IMG/VR virus record: IMGVR_UViG_3300015360_000031
Origin: an uncultured virus (IMG/VR IMGVR_UViG_3300015360_000031)
Taxonomy: Duplodnaviria > Heunggongvirae > Uroviricota > Caudoviricetes
Length of the DNA: 64,000 nucleotides
Strand: one strand, 5' to 3'
A program made the position numbers and the translations under genes. Of the stretch, positions 19,147 through 28,469 are shown in pieces. Under the pieces are notes generated by a model. It searched no databases, had not been told where the DNA came from, and saw only the letters and a list, made by a program, of their open reading frames with translations. How positions within the stretch are numbered: the first letter of the stretch is position 1; each line of letters starts with the position of its first letter.

Positions 19147-19938
19147 CTACCTGATCGCGTTGATGATCGCGCCTAAGCTCGCAATCACACCGGCGATGAA
19201 CGCCGAGATCCAGCCCATACGGCGGCGCTCGGACTTGCTGACCGCCTCGGTTTGCAGCTTCACGTCCTCGTTGACACGTTCGAGTGCGGTGGTGCGTGTG
19301 CCCATCACGGAGATCTGTATTGCATGAGCATTCGCAACCTGCTCGGTTGCGTTGACCCGCGCCACAAGCACACCATGAGTCGACGCAAACCGCTCACCCT
19401 GCACGCGCATGTCGGTCTCTTGGCGATCTTGCGTGCGCTCGATCCGGCCGATGCGATCGACGAGGAGCTCGAAGCTCTTCGTAAACCGTGGCCAATCTTG
19501 CTCGTAGAACACCTCTTGGCGCACCTTGCTGCCCTCGTGGTACGTGAGCAGCACGTCGATCCGCGCCATCGACGCCTTGAGTCCTGGCATCACGAAGTCG
19601 TGCAGCAACGCGCCGATCGCGGCATTGTCTTGCAGGTTCGCGGTCAGCGACTGCTCCATGCGATCGATCCGCGCATTGTTGTGTCGGTTGTCCCACGTGC
19701 GCTGTGATGCCTGTGTCAGATCGACGACGCTCGCCGAGAGCTGCTTGAACTGCTCTCGGATCTCTGTGGGGATCAAAGTGAAGCCCGCGATCGATTCTGG
19801 CTTGGGCGGATCCTGCGGGGGCGGTGTCGGCTCCGGGTCGATCTCGGGTGCAGGTACACCACTGGGTGGTGTACGGCGCCGATCGCGCTCATCCGAGAAT
19901 GTCCCAGGCCGGCGATGCTTGTTGCGCTCTTCTGTCAC
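19147..19938 (-). CDS. Coiled-coil protein with C-terminal TM
   Basis: Pro-rich N-terminus, heptad region, WISAFIAGVIASLGAII. Confidence 0.7.
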   Translation of the reverse strand: MTEERNKHRRPGTFSDERDRRRTPPSGVPAPEIDPEPTPPPQDPPKPESIAGFTLIPTEIREQFKQLSASVVDLTQASQRTWDNRHNNARIDRMEQSLTANLQDNAAIGALLHDFVMPGLKASMARIDVLLTYHEGSKVRQEVFYEQDWPRFTKSFELLVDRIGRIERTQDRQETDMRVQGERFASTHGVLVARVNATEQVANAHAIQISVMGTRTTALERVNEDVKLQTEAVSKSERRRMGWISAFIAGVIASLGAIINAIR

Positions 19939-20049
19939 ACGTCAACGTAACGCGCCTCACCTAGTTACAGCTAGATTGGCGTGAGAGCTAGAGTACATGC
20001 GCACGCGCTTCAGCCAAACAAGCGGCGCACGTACGGCGCACGCGCTTGT

Positions 20050-20409
20050 TCAGCGGTTCGCGATCGCAGCGGACGAGAGCAGCTGGTAAAGCTCATCGTC
20101 TGGGATCGAACCCTCGATCTTCTGCGGTTTGCCGTTGCGCGTCAGTAGCACGGTGGTCGGCATGGCCGACACACCGTACTGCTCGCATAGCGCCTGCACA
20201 CCAGCATCCGAGCTCGCACCGTCGTACACGAGCACCGGGATCTGACCACGCTGGATCTTGCCGTTGTTGTAGATCAGGAACGGCACACCATGGCGTTTGA
20301 AGCCTTCGATCATGCGGAACAGCCGCGGGCTGTAGTCCTCGCATGCCGAGCAGCCAGGCATCGCGAACACGATGATCAGGCTCTTCACGTCGTGTAGATC
20401 AGCGCTCAT
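20050..20409 (-). CDS. Thioredoxin-fold protein
   Basis: IIVFAMPGCSAC (CxxC), YGVSAMPT (cis-Pro loop). Confidence 0.75.
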   Translation of the reverse strand: MSADLHDVKSLIIVFAMPGCSACEDYSPRLFRMIEGFKRHGVPFLIYNNGKIQRGQIPVLVYDGASSDAGVQALCEQYGVSAMPTTVLLTRNGKPQKIEGSIPDDELYQLLSSAAIANR

Positions 20410-20503
20410 TTGCTCGGCCCCCTCAGTAGCTCAGCTGTTGCGATGATCAATACGACGCCGATGAACGCGATCGCAAGTGCCGCCATGATCCATCCTGTGG
20501 GGG

Positions 20504-21409
20504 TCACTGCCTGGGTGGGTTGATTGCGTGCTCGACGCTTTCCGGGAGCTCGAACATCGGTCGACCTTCACGCTTGCGCTGCCAGATCTTGAGCGCGGTG
20601 ATCGAGGCTGCACCGGCAACCACCGTGAAGCCGATCCACTGCAACATGCCCCACTTCGTGGGCGTGCCGGGGATTCTGATGTTCGGCTTGTCGACGAGCC
20701 TTTTGCAGACCTCGACGCACTGCTCGGTGCTCTTGCCTTGCTGCGTGCACGACGCGTAGCAGGCAAGCCGTGCCGCGGTGTATGTCGCGAACGCGTCAGC
20801 CTGCATCTTGGTCTGCGCCGTGTTGGCCTCCTGCACCTTGGAGACTTCGAGATAGTGCATGATCGCGGTGACCGCGACCGCCACGGTGATCAAAGCACCG
20901 GCGATCACGATGATCACACCGACCACGCCAAGCCCGGCCTCACGCGTCTGCGTGAGCGCGGCGAGCGTGGCGAACGATGGCGAATTCTCAGGTGCGAACA
21001 CAAACGGATCATCAGTCACGACATCGATCTCGTTCGTCGAGAGGTACTGCGTCGTCCCCTCGTTCGGACCGCGTAGCGCGACCTTCATCGCGCCCGACAA
21101 GCTCGTTGCCTGCCCTGCGCAGTTGATTTGCACCGCGTCTTGGCCGCGCACGCCCTTCCACCCGAACATCGTCGGTGCGTCTGGCAGCTCGCGAACGTTC
21201 TGCTCGCCGTTCGCGCGCAACGTCGCGAGCATGCCGCGCTGCGTGTTGTAGACGGCGATCGCCCACAAGTTGTACGCCTTCACCTCGTCGCATGTTGCAC
21301 GGCCAACCTTGAGCAGCCCACCGATGTTACTCGCCGCGCGCCGCAACGCCTGGTAGGTCGCTTCGAGGTTGCCCGTGATCGTCTTGAGCCGCTGCGCCTG
21401 ATCAGCCAT
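20504..21409 (-). CDS. Two-TM, Cys-containing putative virion membrane protein
   Basis: AGLG directly before TM1; CxxxC...CxxxC between the TMs; ATG 7 nt after TAGGGT. Confidence 0.7.
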   Translation of the reverse strand: MADQAQRLKTITGNLEATYQALRRAASNIGGLLKVGRATCDEVKAYNLWAIAVYNTQRGMLATLRANGEQNVRELPDAPTMFGWKGVRGQDAVQINCAGQATSLSGAMKVALRGPNEGTTQYLSTNEIDVVTDDPFVFAPENSPSFATLAALTQTREAGLGVVGVIIVIAGALITVAVAVTAIMHYLEVSKVQEANTAQTKMQADAFATYTAARLACYASCTQQGKSTEQCVEVCKRLVDKPNIRIPGTPTKWGMLQWIGFTVVAGAASITALKIWQRKREGRPMFELPESVEHAINPPRQ

Positions 21410-21644
21410 AGGTCCTACCCTATCGCAAAACCCTAGAAACCAGCCGGCATAAAACAATGGGGTCTCTCCCTCCTGTCACCGCGCGGATCACAGTCCCCTG
21501 CGGTTGGGTCGCTCACGTTGATCCGTAACGTCTACGTCGGAGCCGGGTCGACTTCGAGGCAACAATCTGAGCGCGCACAGCGGCAAACACCCCCAAACGG
21601 GTGCGGGCGACGGTGCTTGCTGGTTCCCGGGTTGCTGAAACGCC

Positions 21645-21667
21645 AAGCTACTACGGGGGGCTGACAG
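21645..21667 (-). promoter_or_regulatory. Viral promoter motif copy with no adjacent start codon
   Basis: CTGTCAGCCCCCCGTAG-TAGCTT. Confidence 0.7.
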
Positions 21668-21796
21668 CTTGTCGAAACCACCGGAGCCATGAGAGAACGC
21701 TCGACCGTGATCGACGACAAAATGAGACGTGGCCTCTGCGAGCTGATGGACTGGGCCGAGCCCATCCTGTCAGCCCGCGAGGCCGCGACCGATCAG

Positions 21797-22135
21797 CTAC
21801 CGAGCGTAGTCGGGCAGTGCGTCGGAGATCGCGCAGCTGACCCGCGTATCCTCACCGTCGGAGATCACGTAGAGCCCCTGTCCCGGCGCGCAGATGAACT
21901 CCTCGCTCATGCCAGGGGGGATCTCGAACGATCCTGATCCGACCGGCCACTTGTCGAGCTCGTTCTGGCTGTGGGAGACCCACACCGAGTTACCGAACGA
22001 GATGTTGCGCACGAGTACGCGCGTCGGTGACTGCGCGTGCTTGACGATCGTCACCGCAGCTTTGGCTGTCGGGGTGCCGTCATTGACCGCCGCAGGTGCG
22101 GTGGTCGTGAACGTCCGTGAGTCCTGCATGGGCAT
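21797..22135 (-). CDS. Small beta-sandwich virion protein (penton/minor capsid candidate)
   Basis: RVLVRNIS...VWVS...FEIPPG...GLYVIS alternating beta pattern; downstream of the capsid candidates. Confidence 0.5.
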   Translation of the reverse strand: MPMQDSRTFTTTAPAAVNDGTPTAKAAVTIVKHAQSPTRVLVRNISFGNSVWVSHSQNELDKWPVGSGSFEIPPGMSEEFICAPGQGLYVISDGEDTRVSCAISDALPDYAR

Positions 22136-22154
22136 GGCCTGTCATCCCCGCGCG

Positions 22155-22646
22155 TTAGGCTACCGGGGTGCCGAGAACCAGCAGGAAGCCCTCGAACGTG
22201 ATGCACACCCGCAGCTGCAATGCGGCCGGAACGAACGTCGGGAACGCCAGCGCGTCGAGGACGACTTGCAGCTGAGCGTTGTTGGGCAGGTAGTGAGGAT
22301 CGGCCCACTCCCAGGTGCGCTCGCTCGAACCCTTGAGCAACGTACCGAGGAGCGTCGCGCTCTTCGTGATCAGCTGATCGAGCCCGAGGTCCACGATACG
22401 CGCGCGGATGAGACCGAGCAGCAGCTCCTGATCGGGCTGCGTCACGACCATCACACCGTCATTGAAGGCGTAGATCCGCGGGATCATCCGGTGGATCTCG
22501 AACGGCTTGTTGACGTTGTTCTGGAACGTCGCGTCCGGGTATTGCTGGTTCTGCAACAGCGTGGTGAGCGTGAACTCGCCGGCGAGCGTGTACGGGATGC
22601 GCTGCATGATGGCGCGATCACCAAAAGTAGAGGGAAGTCGACCCAT
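22155..22646 (-). CDS. Candidate small single-jelly-roll capsid protein (163 aa)
   Basis: GAGGAG RBS; beta-rich; ends LRVCITFEGFLL. Confidence 0.45.
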   Translation of the reverse strand: MGRLPSTFGDRAIMQRIPYTLAGEFTLTTLLQNQQYPDATFQNNVNKPFEIHRMIPRIYAFNDGVMVVTQPDQELLLGLIRARIVDLGLDQLITKSATLLGTLLKGSSERTWEWADPHYLPNNAQLQVVLDALAFPTFVPAALQLRVCITFEGFLLVLGTPVA

Positions 22647-22723
22647 TTTCTGTATCTCCTCGTCGCCGTTTAATTGATGACGACGGAGATCAGCGTCCCC
22701 CCACACCCGGAGTTAGGTCAAAA

Positions 22724-23069
22724 GATGATGAGCGCACCCGTGATCAATGAGCTGGTTTTCCTCGCGCCCGTGATCGGCCCGAAGGTCTACATGGCTCGCG
22801 GCCCGTCCGGGTGGGTGGAGACGTTCCTTCGCCCGAAGCTCGACGCGGAGCTCGCGACGTTCGCAGTGCCACTCGAAGTGGACGAGATCGTCGACATGTT
22901 CGTGGCCACGCGTGACCTGGCCGAGAAGCCGGTGCCGATCGACTGGTTTTCGATCATCGGGTTCCTCGGCCGCACCATGGACTGCTCGCCGCTCGCCGTG
23001 CCCCACACCGTCGGGATCGCGTTCTGGGCGCACGTGATCATGGCGCGCCGCGCGGCCACGGCGAACTGA
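22724..23069 (+). CDS. Hypothetical protein between the capsid candidates, opposite strand
   Basis: Protein-like ORF, followed by a coupled ~51 aa ORF (23069..23224). Confidence 0.5.
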
Positions 23070-23222
23070 TGCCACCGCCCACCAGCAGGCCCGGATTCAT
23101 CGACTTCGCCCGCGAGCTCAAGAAGCTGGCCGCGAACGAAGGCCCATGTGCAATCGACTTCATCATCGAGCCTGACGGTCAAGCTCGCCTGACGTTCCGC
23201 AAGTTGAGCCGCACCACAACGT

Positions 23223-23254
23223 AAAAAGGCCGGCGCCACGAGGGAACCGGCCTT
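23223..23254 (-). terminator. Rho-independent terminator after the major capsid candidate
   Basis: Minus strand AAGGCCGG...CCGGCCTTTTT. Confidence 0.7.
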
Positions 23255-23291
23255 GTCCCGCTCACGCTGAGCGGCGGTGTAGCTGCGTCGC

Positions 23292-23999
23292 TTAGACGAC
23301 GTTGCGGCGGATGAGGCCGTAGAGGTACGTCTTGACGTCGCAGAACGTCAGCGCCGTCGAGCCGTCGGACGCGGCCTGGTTGATCACCAGGGCCGCCTCG
23401 GGCGCGAACGACATCTTGTACGCGAGGTTCTCACGCAGCCAGATCGGCAGCACGAGCGCGTTCCGATCGCGGGGCGACGGCGTGCCGTTCTGGGCGAGCT
23501 CGAAGTTCGAGTTCGTCGAGAACACGTTGAAGCCGTGGCCCTGCGGGTAGTCCTGCATCACGCCGAACGTGTACCGCTTGTCGTTGTACGAGAACTCCAG
23601 GTAGGTCACCCGGTCCACGTTGAACAGCGTGCGCAGCGTCGGAGGATCCGACAACGCGCCAGAGCCGTCCGCGAGTACCGGGGCGACGCCGCCGGTGGCA
23701 ACGCGCATCACGCGCGTCATCTTGACGCCGATGCCGTAGATGTACATCTCCCACGACATCGGGAGCCCGGTGTCACCCGAGCGAGGGACGTTCGTGTCGA
23801 CGCGAGTCGACGCGCGCTGCCCGCCGGGGATCGGCTGCGAGCGACCAGAGACGAACGCCTCGACGGGCGACGTCTGGCCGTTCGTGAACTGGATCGTGGA
23901 GTAGAGCTTGTCGTCGATCCAATCCTCGATCGAGACGGTCTGCCCGTTGGGCAGAGTGATGGTGGTGGTTCCAGGTGCAACGCCAACGGTGCCGGACAT
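23292..23999 (-). CDS. Candidate major capsid protein, single jelly-roll type (235 aa)
   Basis: GAGGAG RBS, own terminator, beta-rich; LYST...DTNVPRSGDTGLP...WEMYIYGI...LVLPIWL...YLYGLIRRNVV; no HK97-like features. Confidence 0.55.
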   Translation of the reverse strand: MSGTVGVAPGTTTITLPNGQTVSIEDWIDDKLYSTIQFTNGQTSPVEAFVSGRSQPIPGGQRASTRVDTNVPRSGDTGLPMSWEMYIYGIGVKMTRVMRVATGGVAPVLADGSGALSDPPTLRTLFNVDRVTYLEFSYNDKRYTFGVMQDYPQGHGFNVFSTNSNFELAQNGTPSPRDRNALVLPIWLRENLAYKMSFAPEAALVINQAASDGSTALTFCDVKTYLYGLIRRNVV

Positions 24000-24115
24000 G
24001 TCGATCTCCTCGAAGAAACACCGGCGGAAAGTGGCCGGCACACTGGTTTGCGTTGAGGGGTCGTCCCCTAGACGCGTGGGATGTGGGTGCGAACACCGCA
24101 CCGTGATTCCCGGTT

Positions 24116-24143
24116 GGGTGATCGAGCAGCTGCTCGATCACCC
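24116..24143. repeat. Perfect 28-bp palindrome upstream of the capsid gene
   Basis: GGGTGATCGAGCAGCTGCTCGATCACCC with imperfect outer arms (24103..24154). Confidence 0.85.
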
Positions 24144-24161
24144 CGCGGGGTCACGCTGTGG

Positions 24162-24734
24162 TTAGCGACCGCCGCCGAGCAGCGTCGCGCCGTACGCGGC
24201 CGACAGACCGTGGACCGACGGGCCACCGATGCCCTTGAGGTGCGCCGCCTGCGGGCTCATGTTGCCGAGCAGCGAGACCGGCGGGGCAGAGAGCCCGCCG
24301 TGCGACAGCTGGTTGCCGGCGACGCCGACCGGTGCCTGGCTCTGCGAGATCATCGGGATGCCGAGCCCGTTGAGGTTGCGGATCATCGGGACGCCGAGCC
24401 CGTTGAGCGCGCGGATGTTCGGGATGCCGAGCCCGCCACCCGAGAGCAGCCGCTCGAACAGCGAGATGCCGGTGGCGAGGAACGCACCGACCGCCGACGC
24501 AATCGCCGCGTGGCGCGTGCTCCGCATCGCATACATGCCGCCCGAGACCGCGAGGCCCGTGAGCAGACCGAACGCCTCGGGATAGCCCTTGCCGATGCGG
24601 CGTAGGGCGATCGACGTGACGCCGGCGACGCCGCCACCGATCAGGGTGCCCCAGATCGGGCTCATACCCGGGTTCTGGCCGAACGAGTTGAGGCCGAGGA
24701 GATCGACCGATCCGAGCATGCGACGACGAGACAT
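24162..24734 (-). CDS. Gly-rich multi-TM virion membrane protein with three GLG(I/V)P repeats
   Basis: Three hydrophobic segments, then 11-aa repeats GLGIPNIRALN / GLGVPMIRNLN / GLGIPMI. Confidence 0.7.
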   Translation of the reverse strand: MSRRRMLGSVDLLGLNSFGQNPGMSPIWGTLIGGGVAGVTSIALRRIGKGYPEAFGLLTGLAVSGGMYAMRSTRHAAIASAVGAFLATGISLFERLLSGGGLGIPNIRALNGLGVPMIRNLNGLGIPMISQSQAPVGVAGNQLSHGGLSAPPVSLLGNMSPQAAHLKGIGGPSVHGLSAAYGATLLGGGR

Positions 24735-24781
24735 GTGATTGTTCCTTTGCTGGGTTCTTGGGCGGGGTTAACGAGAGCCCT

Positions 24782-24967
24782 CTATCGAGGGCAGTGCTGG
24801 CTTCCGCCCTTGACGAACTGCCAGCCGCTACGGTTCTTCGCGCTCTTGCCGACGAAGCACAGCCGCGCGGATCGCTTGGTTCGCGGGTTGTAGACGCACT
24901 TGCACTTCTCGCCGGGCGCGCCGAGCGAGCGCTCCGAGGAGCCTGAGAGCGTCATGATCTTCGCCAT
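24782..24967 (-). CDS. Small basic Cys-rich protein
   Basis: KCKCV...LCF...HCPR; co-oriented with the capsid genes. Confidence 0.6.
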   Translation of the reverse strand: MAKIMTLSGSSERSLGAPGEKCKCVYNPRTKRSARLCFVGKSAKNRSGWQFVKGGSQHCPR

Positions 24968-24973
24968 CGCTGA

Positions 24974-25453
24974 TCAGCCCGCTCGAAAGTAGGAATTCCA
25001 GCGGCGCGTGGCCGCCTCGTACGCGGCGACCTGCGGCCCACCACCCGCGTTCGGCGCGAGGTGCGCGAGCATCTGAAACTGCTGCGCGATCTGCGGCGCG
25101 ATCATGCGAGCTTCGTGGACGGCGGAACCGTAGCGATTCCCTGAACCATGACCACCGGGGGCCGCGATCGGCATACCGGCAGTGCCACCGGCCGCCATGA
25201 ACTTGCGCGCCTTGTTCGCGGCGAACCACGACTTGATGCGGAAGCCGAAACGCTGAAACGGTCCGGCCGCGCCGAGCCCGCGAAGACCGCCGAGGCCCAT
25301 GCCGCTGGGTGGGCCGCTCGTGAACGAGCTCGCGACCGCTTGCACATCACCGTGCGGGTTCCAGCCGAACATCGACGACAACACGCCGGTTCGGTAGACG
25401 CGATCGGGGCGCATCGAGTGCGCCGAGTCGCCGTGACGGATGATGAGTGCCAT
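24974..25453 (-). CDS. Gly/Ala-rich putative virion protein
   Basis: Contains GMGLGGLRGLG; preceded by TTGACG-N18-TAGCGT-N7-ATG. Confidence 0.65.
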   Translation of the reverse strand: MALIIRHGDSAHSMRPDRVYRTGVLSSMFGWNPHGDVQAVASSFTSGPPSGMGLGGLRGLGAAGPFQRFGFRIKSWFAANKARKFMAAGGTAGMPIAAPGGHGSGNRYGSAVHEARMIAPQIAQQFQMLAHLAPNAGGGPQVAAYEAATRRWNSYFRAG

Positions 25454-25692
25454 GGCGATCACGCTATGCGCGACTGCCTAGTTTCGTCAATTATTTCAAT
25501 TGCTTAGGTAGGCCGTTGAGCATCCATGATCATGAGAGCTGGGCTAACCATCGGGGATCGCGATCTCAAGCCCGCAAACTTTTGATCACGAGCGATCAAT
25601 CGTCGTAGACTGGTTGCGGGTCGGGGGCGACTCAGCTGGTGAAAACCAGCATGTTGCCCATGCTCATCGTCTCCCCATCCACCGCTTCCGCC

Positions 25693-26193
25693 ATGGCGCT
25701 CCACGCCACGTCGAGCTCGTGGGTGATGTTCGTCCAGGTCAACCCACCGTCGGGCGGTCCGGGTCCGATCAAGATCGAAGGTGTGAAGGGCACCAACATC
25801 GCGCAGCGGCTGCGCGCGATCGTCAGCGACAACCCGTTCGAGGCGATGTTGATCGGGCTCATCGCGACGCCGACACCGACGGAGCACGCGAGCGCGATCG
25901 CGGAGCAGTACGGCAAGGCGCTTCACGATGGTTGGTACGAGGCGACCGCTGATCTGATCGCGTTCGTGCAACACGTCGCGCAACTTCCGTTGCAGGAGCT
26001 GCTCGCGCAAACGCACCCGGGCGCGATGTCCGATAGCCCGGTGGATGTCGAGGACATGGCGAAGATCCTCGACGTCTCGGTGCCGACGGTGCGCCGCATG
26101 GTGCACGCGAACGAGATCCCGTATCTTCGATTCGGCCGCATGCTCCGGTTCGTGCCTGCCGACGTGCTCGCCAGTCTTCGACGGGGCCGGTAG
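25693..26193 (+). CDS. Excisionase-type HTH (HTH_17) protein with a degenerate T5orf172/GIY-YIG-like N-terminus
   Basis: VEDMAKILDVSVPTVRRMVHANEIPYLRFGRMLRF; N-terminal MFVQ...GPIKIEG; start uncertain (25639 possible). Confidence 0.65.
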   Translation: MALHATSSSWVMFVQVNPPSGGPGPIKIEGVKGTNIAQRLRAIVSDNPFEAMLIGLIATPTPTEHASAIAEQYGKALHDGWYEATADLIAFVQHVAQLPLQELLAQTHPGAMSDSPVDVEDMAKILDVSVPTVRRMVHANEIPYLRFGRMLRFVPADVLASLRRGR

Positions 26194-26194
26194 C

Positions 26195-26217
26195 CTGTCA
26201 GCCCACCACAGTATGGT
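26195..26217 (+). promoter_or_regulatory. Viral promoter motif copy
   Basis: CTGTCAGCCCACCACAG-TATGGT, 6 nt before GTG 26224. Confidence 0.75.
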
Positions 26218-26223
26218 GGGGGT

Positions 26224-26520
26224 GTGCCGAAGAACCGCCGCGTCCGCGCGCCCGCCCCTATCGACAATGAGCTGACCCCTCGCGAAGCCGCAGTCGCGGA
26301 CCTGCTCTGCATGGGGCACTCGAACAAGATCATCGCCGACGAGCTCCACGTGTCACAGCACACGGTGAAGTTCCACATCATGGGCCTGACGCGGAAGCTC
26401 AACGGCCCGAAGAACGGAAGTCGCGTGCTCGCCGCGGTGCGCTGGGCACTAAAGCGCACGCACGAGCAGCTCAACACGCAGCCCGAGGAGGTGCTCGAAG
26501 CGCCGCGAGTGACCGCGTGA
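26224..26520 (+). CDS. LuxR-type HTH transcription regulator
   Basis: LTPREAAVADLLCMGHSNKIIADELHVSQHTVKFH. Confidence 0.85.
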   Translation: MPKNRRVRAPAPIDNELTPREAAVADLLCMGHSNKIIADELHVSQHTVKFHIMGLTRKLNGPKNGSRVLAAVRWALKRTHEQLNTQPEEVLEAPRVTA

Positions 26521-26699
26521 CCTGCGCATGTGGGAATGCGGCCCGCTACATCGACGCAACCGGCGCTTTGGTTTGCGGTATCTGCCCGATCAAGGCCAAG
26601 CTCGATTCGATCCGGATCGCAGATGTACCTGCGTTGCTAGCGTGGGCACGCGAGGCATCCCCAGATGCGACGAACATGATTGTTGGAAGGAAACCGTGA
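26517..26699 (+). CDS. Small zinc-finger-like protein
   Basis: CACG...CGIC; coupled overlaps. Confidence 0.5.
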   Translation: MTCACGNAARYIDATGALVCGICPIKAKLDSIRIADVPALLAWAREASPDATNMIVGRKP

Positions 26700-27067
26700 G
26701 CAGTAAGACACCAACGAAGCGCGCCAAGCGGATCGCCAAACAGCCCACGCAGAAGCGGCTCACGGTTCAGCAGCGGTTGCAGATCTTCGCTGATGCAACC
26801 GCGGTTGCACTGCATGGCGCGAACTTAGAGGAGCTCAAGACGATCTCCGAGGAGTTGGTCATCGTCGGTAGTGGCATCACCGCAGTGCTGCGTCAGCTAC
26901 CCGAGCATGCCGAGCCGGTCCTGATGTTCACGAGCGAACCTGAGTGCCGCCTCGTCACCGTGATCCAACAGTACGCGGAGCACACGAACGTACCGATCGA
27001 GCAAGTCATCGACGAGATGATCATGCGCATCGGCCCCCACGCTGAAACCCAGCATCGTTGGAACTGA
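26696..27067 (+). CDS. Hypothetical protein
   Basis: GTG overlapping the upstream stop; GGAAGG RBS. Confidence 0.55.
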   Translation: MSSKTPTKRAKRIAKQPTQKRLTVQQRLQIFADATAVALHGANLEELKTISEELVIVGSGITAVLRQLPEHAEPVLMFTSEPECRLVTVIQQYAEHTNVPIEQVIDEMIMRIGPHAETQHRWN

Positions 27068-27378
27068 TGATCACCTGTCCAGCATGTGGAGGCCCGACAG
27101 GGAGTCGTGAGACGCGCACGGTGTCGAACTACGTTCGTCGGCGCCGTGCGTGCCTCAACACGAGCTGCGGTGAACGTGTCACCACCGTCGAGGTGATCGT
27201 CGACTCGACGCGCCAGCTCAACGATGCCGTCGTCGTCCCACAGCGCGATCTCGAACGCATGCTCAAGCTCGTAGGCAGCCCGCTCGTCGCCAAGTTCGGC
27301 ACGATCGCGGTCAGCCAGATGCTTGAAGAGGTCGAGCCGCCGCAACCAGTCGCCGTCAAGCCTGATCTGGACAAATGA
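27067..27378 (+). CDS. NrdR-N/Ogr-like zinc-ribbon protein
   Basis: CPACG...VRRRRACLNTSCGERVTTVE. Confidence 0.65.
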   Translation: MITCPACGGPTGSRETRTVSNYVRRRRACLNTSCGERVTTVEVIVDSTRQLNDAVVVPQRDLERMLKLVGSPLVAKFGTIAVSQMLEEVEPPQPVAVKPDLDK

Positions 27379-27515
27379 CGCAGCGGTGGCGCGTGATCAC
27401 GTTCATGCTTGGGTTCTGCTCGGTGACGGGAAACACGCGCGCTTTCCATGGACATCTCGCCGATCTGACGGCGTGGTGTGCGCACGCGGCTGAGCGCCGG
27501 TTCCCCGTCGCGTAG

Positions 27516-27538
27516 CTGTCAGCCCCGCACCGTATCGT
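27516..27538 (+). promoter_or_regulatory. Viral promoter motif copy
   Basis: CTGTCAGCCCCGCACCG-TATCGT, 6 nt before ATG 27545. Confidence 0.75.
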
Positions 27539-27544
27539 CGTCGA

Positions 27545-27970
27545 ATGCAAAACGACGAGTACCAGCAGCAAGCGCTGCGCACCGAGTACACCCCGGACTG
27601 CGTGAACATCAACCGACAACGCGAGGTTGGGGTCACCCCACACGACCTTGATCGTGCAGACGCCGCCGATTCACGGCTCGCGCGAATCCTTCACGGGATG
27701 ATCGGGGCCGCGACCGAGGTCGGCGAGCTCCAAGACGCGGTGAAGAAGCACCTGATCTATGCGAAGCCCCTCGACATGGTGAACGTGATGGAGGAGTGCG
27801 GCGACATCCTCTGGTACGTCTCGCTAACCTTGCACGCCGCGGGTTTCACGATCGGCGAGTGCATGGATCGCAACATCGAGAAGCTCCGCGCGAGGTTCCC
27901 CGACAAGTTCACGAGCGAGCTCGCGAACAACCGCGACCTGAGCGCCGAGCGCGCCGCACTCGAAGGCTGA
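27545..27970 (+). CDS. MazG-like NTP pyrophosphohydrolase
   Basis: GAATEVGELQDAVKK...EECGDILWY...NIEKLRARFP. Confidence 0.85.
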   Translation: MQNDEYQQQALRTEYTPDCVNINRQREVGVTPHDLDRADAADSRLARILHGMIGAATEVGELQDAVKKHLIYAKPLDMVNVMEECGDILWYVSLTLHAAGFTIGECMDRNIEKLRARFPDKFTSELANNRDLSAERAALEG

Positions 27971-28004
27971 TCCCGTAACTCAGGCTGCGTGGTAGCGTCG
28001 CTGC

Positions 28005-28469
28005 ATGTTCATGATGCGGAACCTGAGCGGCCCGGCAACGATGTTCGAGGTCGACACATCACACAACACGTCGAACATGATGCTCTGGCAGAGCGAGGTG
28101 CGGCTAAGGCGGCCAGCGTCGTCATGCCCGACGGGCTACGTCATGACCGAGTTCGGCTGCGCGTTGCTGAACCAGCCGACCGGCGGCGTCGGGTACGACA
28201 AGCCGTGCCCCGCCGGCTACCTCCAGACCGGCACCAGCTGCCTGCCTTCGCAGCTACCGCAGACGGAGCCCGCCTACCCGCAGATCTACAACCCGCCGGC
28301 GCCGACACCGCCGCCGCTGGATCAGCCGAGCCCAGGCACGATCGTCTACCCAGCGATGCCTCAGCCGCTACCGCAGATCGGCTCGATGATGCCGAAGTGG
28401 GCGCTCATCCTCGCGGGTGGCGGGACGCTGCTCGGGCTGCTCGCGCTCGTGCTTCTGCGCCGCCGCTAG
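28005..28469 (+). CDS. Cys/Pro-rich membrane-anchored virion protein
   Basis: Two CPxGY...C modules, Pro stalk, C-terminal TM plus RRR. Confidence 0.7.
   Translation: MFMMRNLSGPATMFEVDTSHNTSNMMLWQSEVRLRRPASSCPTGYVMTEFGCALLNQPTGGVGYDKPCPAGYLQTGTSCLPSQLPQTEPAYPQIYNPPAPTPPPLDQPSPGTIVYPAMPQPLPQIGSMMPKWALILAGGGTLLGLLALVLLRRR

Noticed and set aside
21767..21790. Additional promoter motif copy (CTGTCAGCCCGCGAGG)
   Set aside because: No TAnnnT box at the fixed spacing and no downstream start.
25693..26193. Integration/excision module (prophage)
   Set aside because: Only an excisionase-like HTH; no integrase, att-like repeat or flanking host genes in the window.
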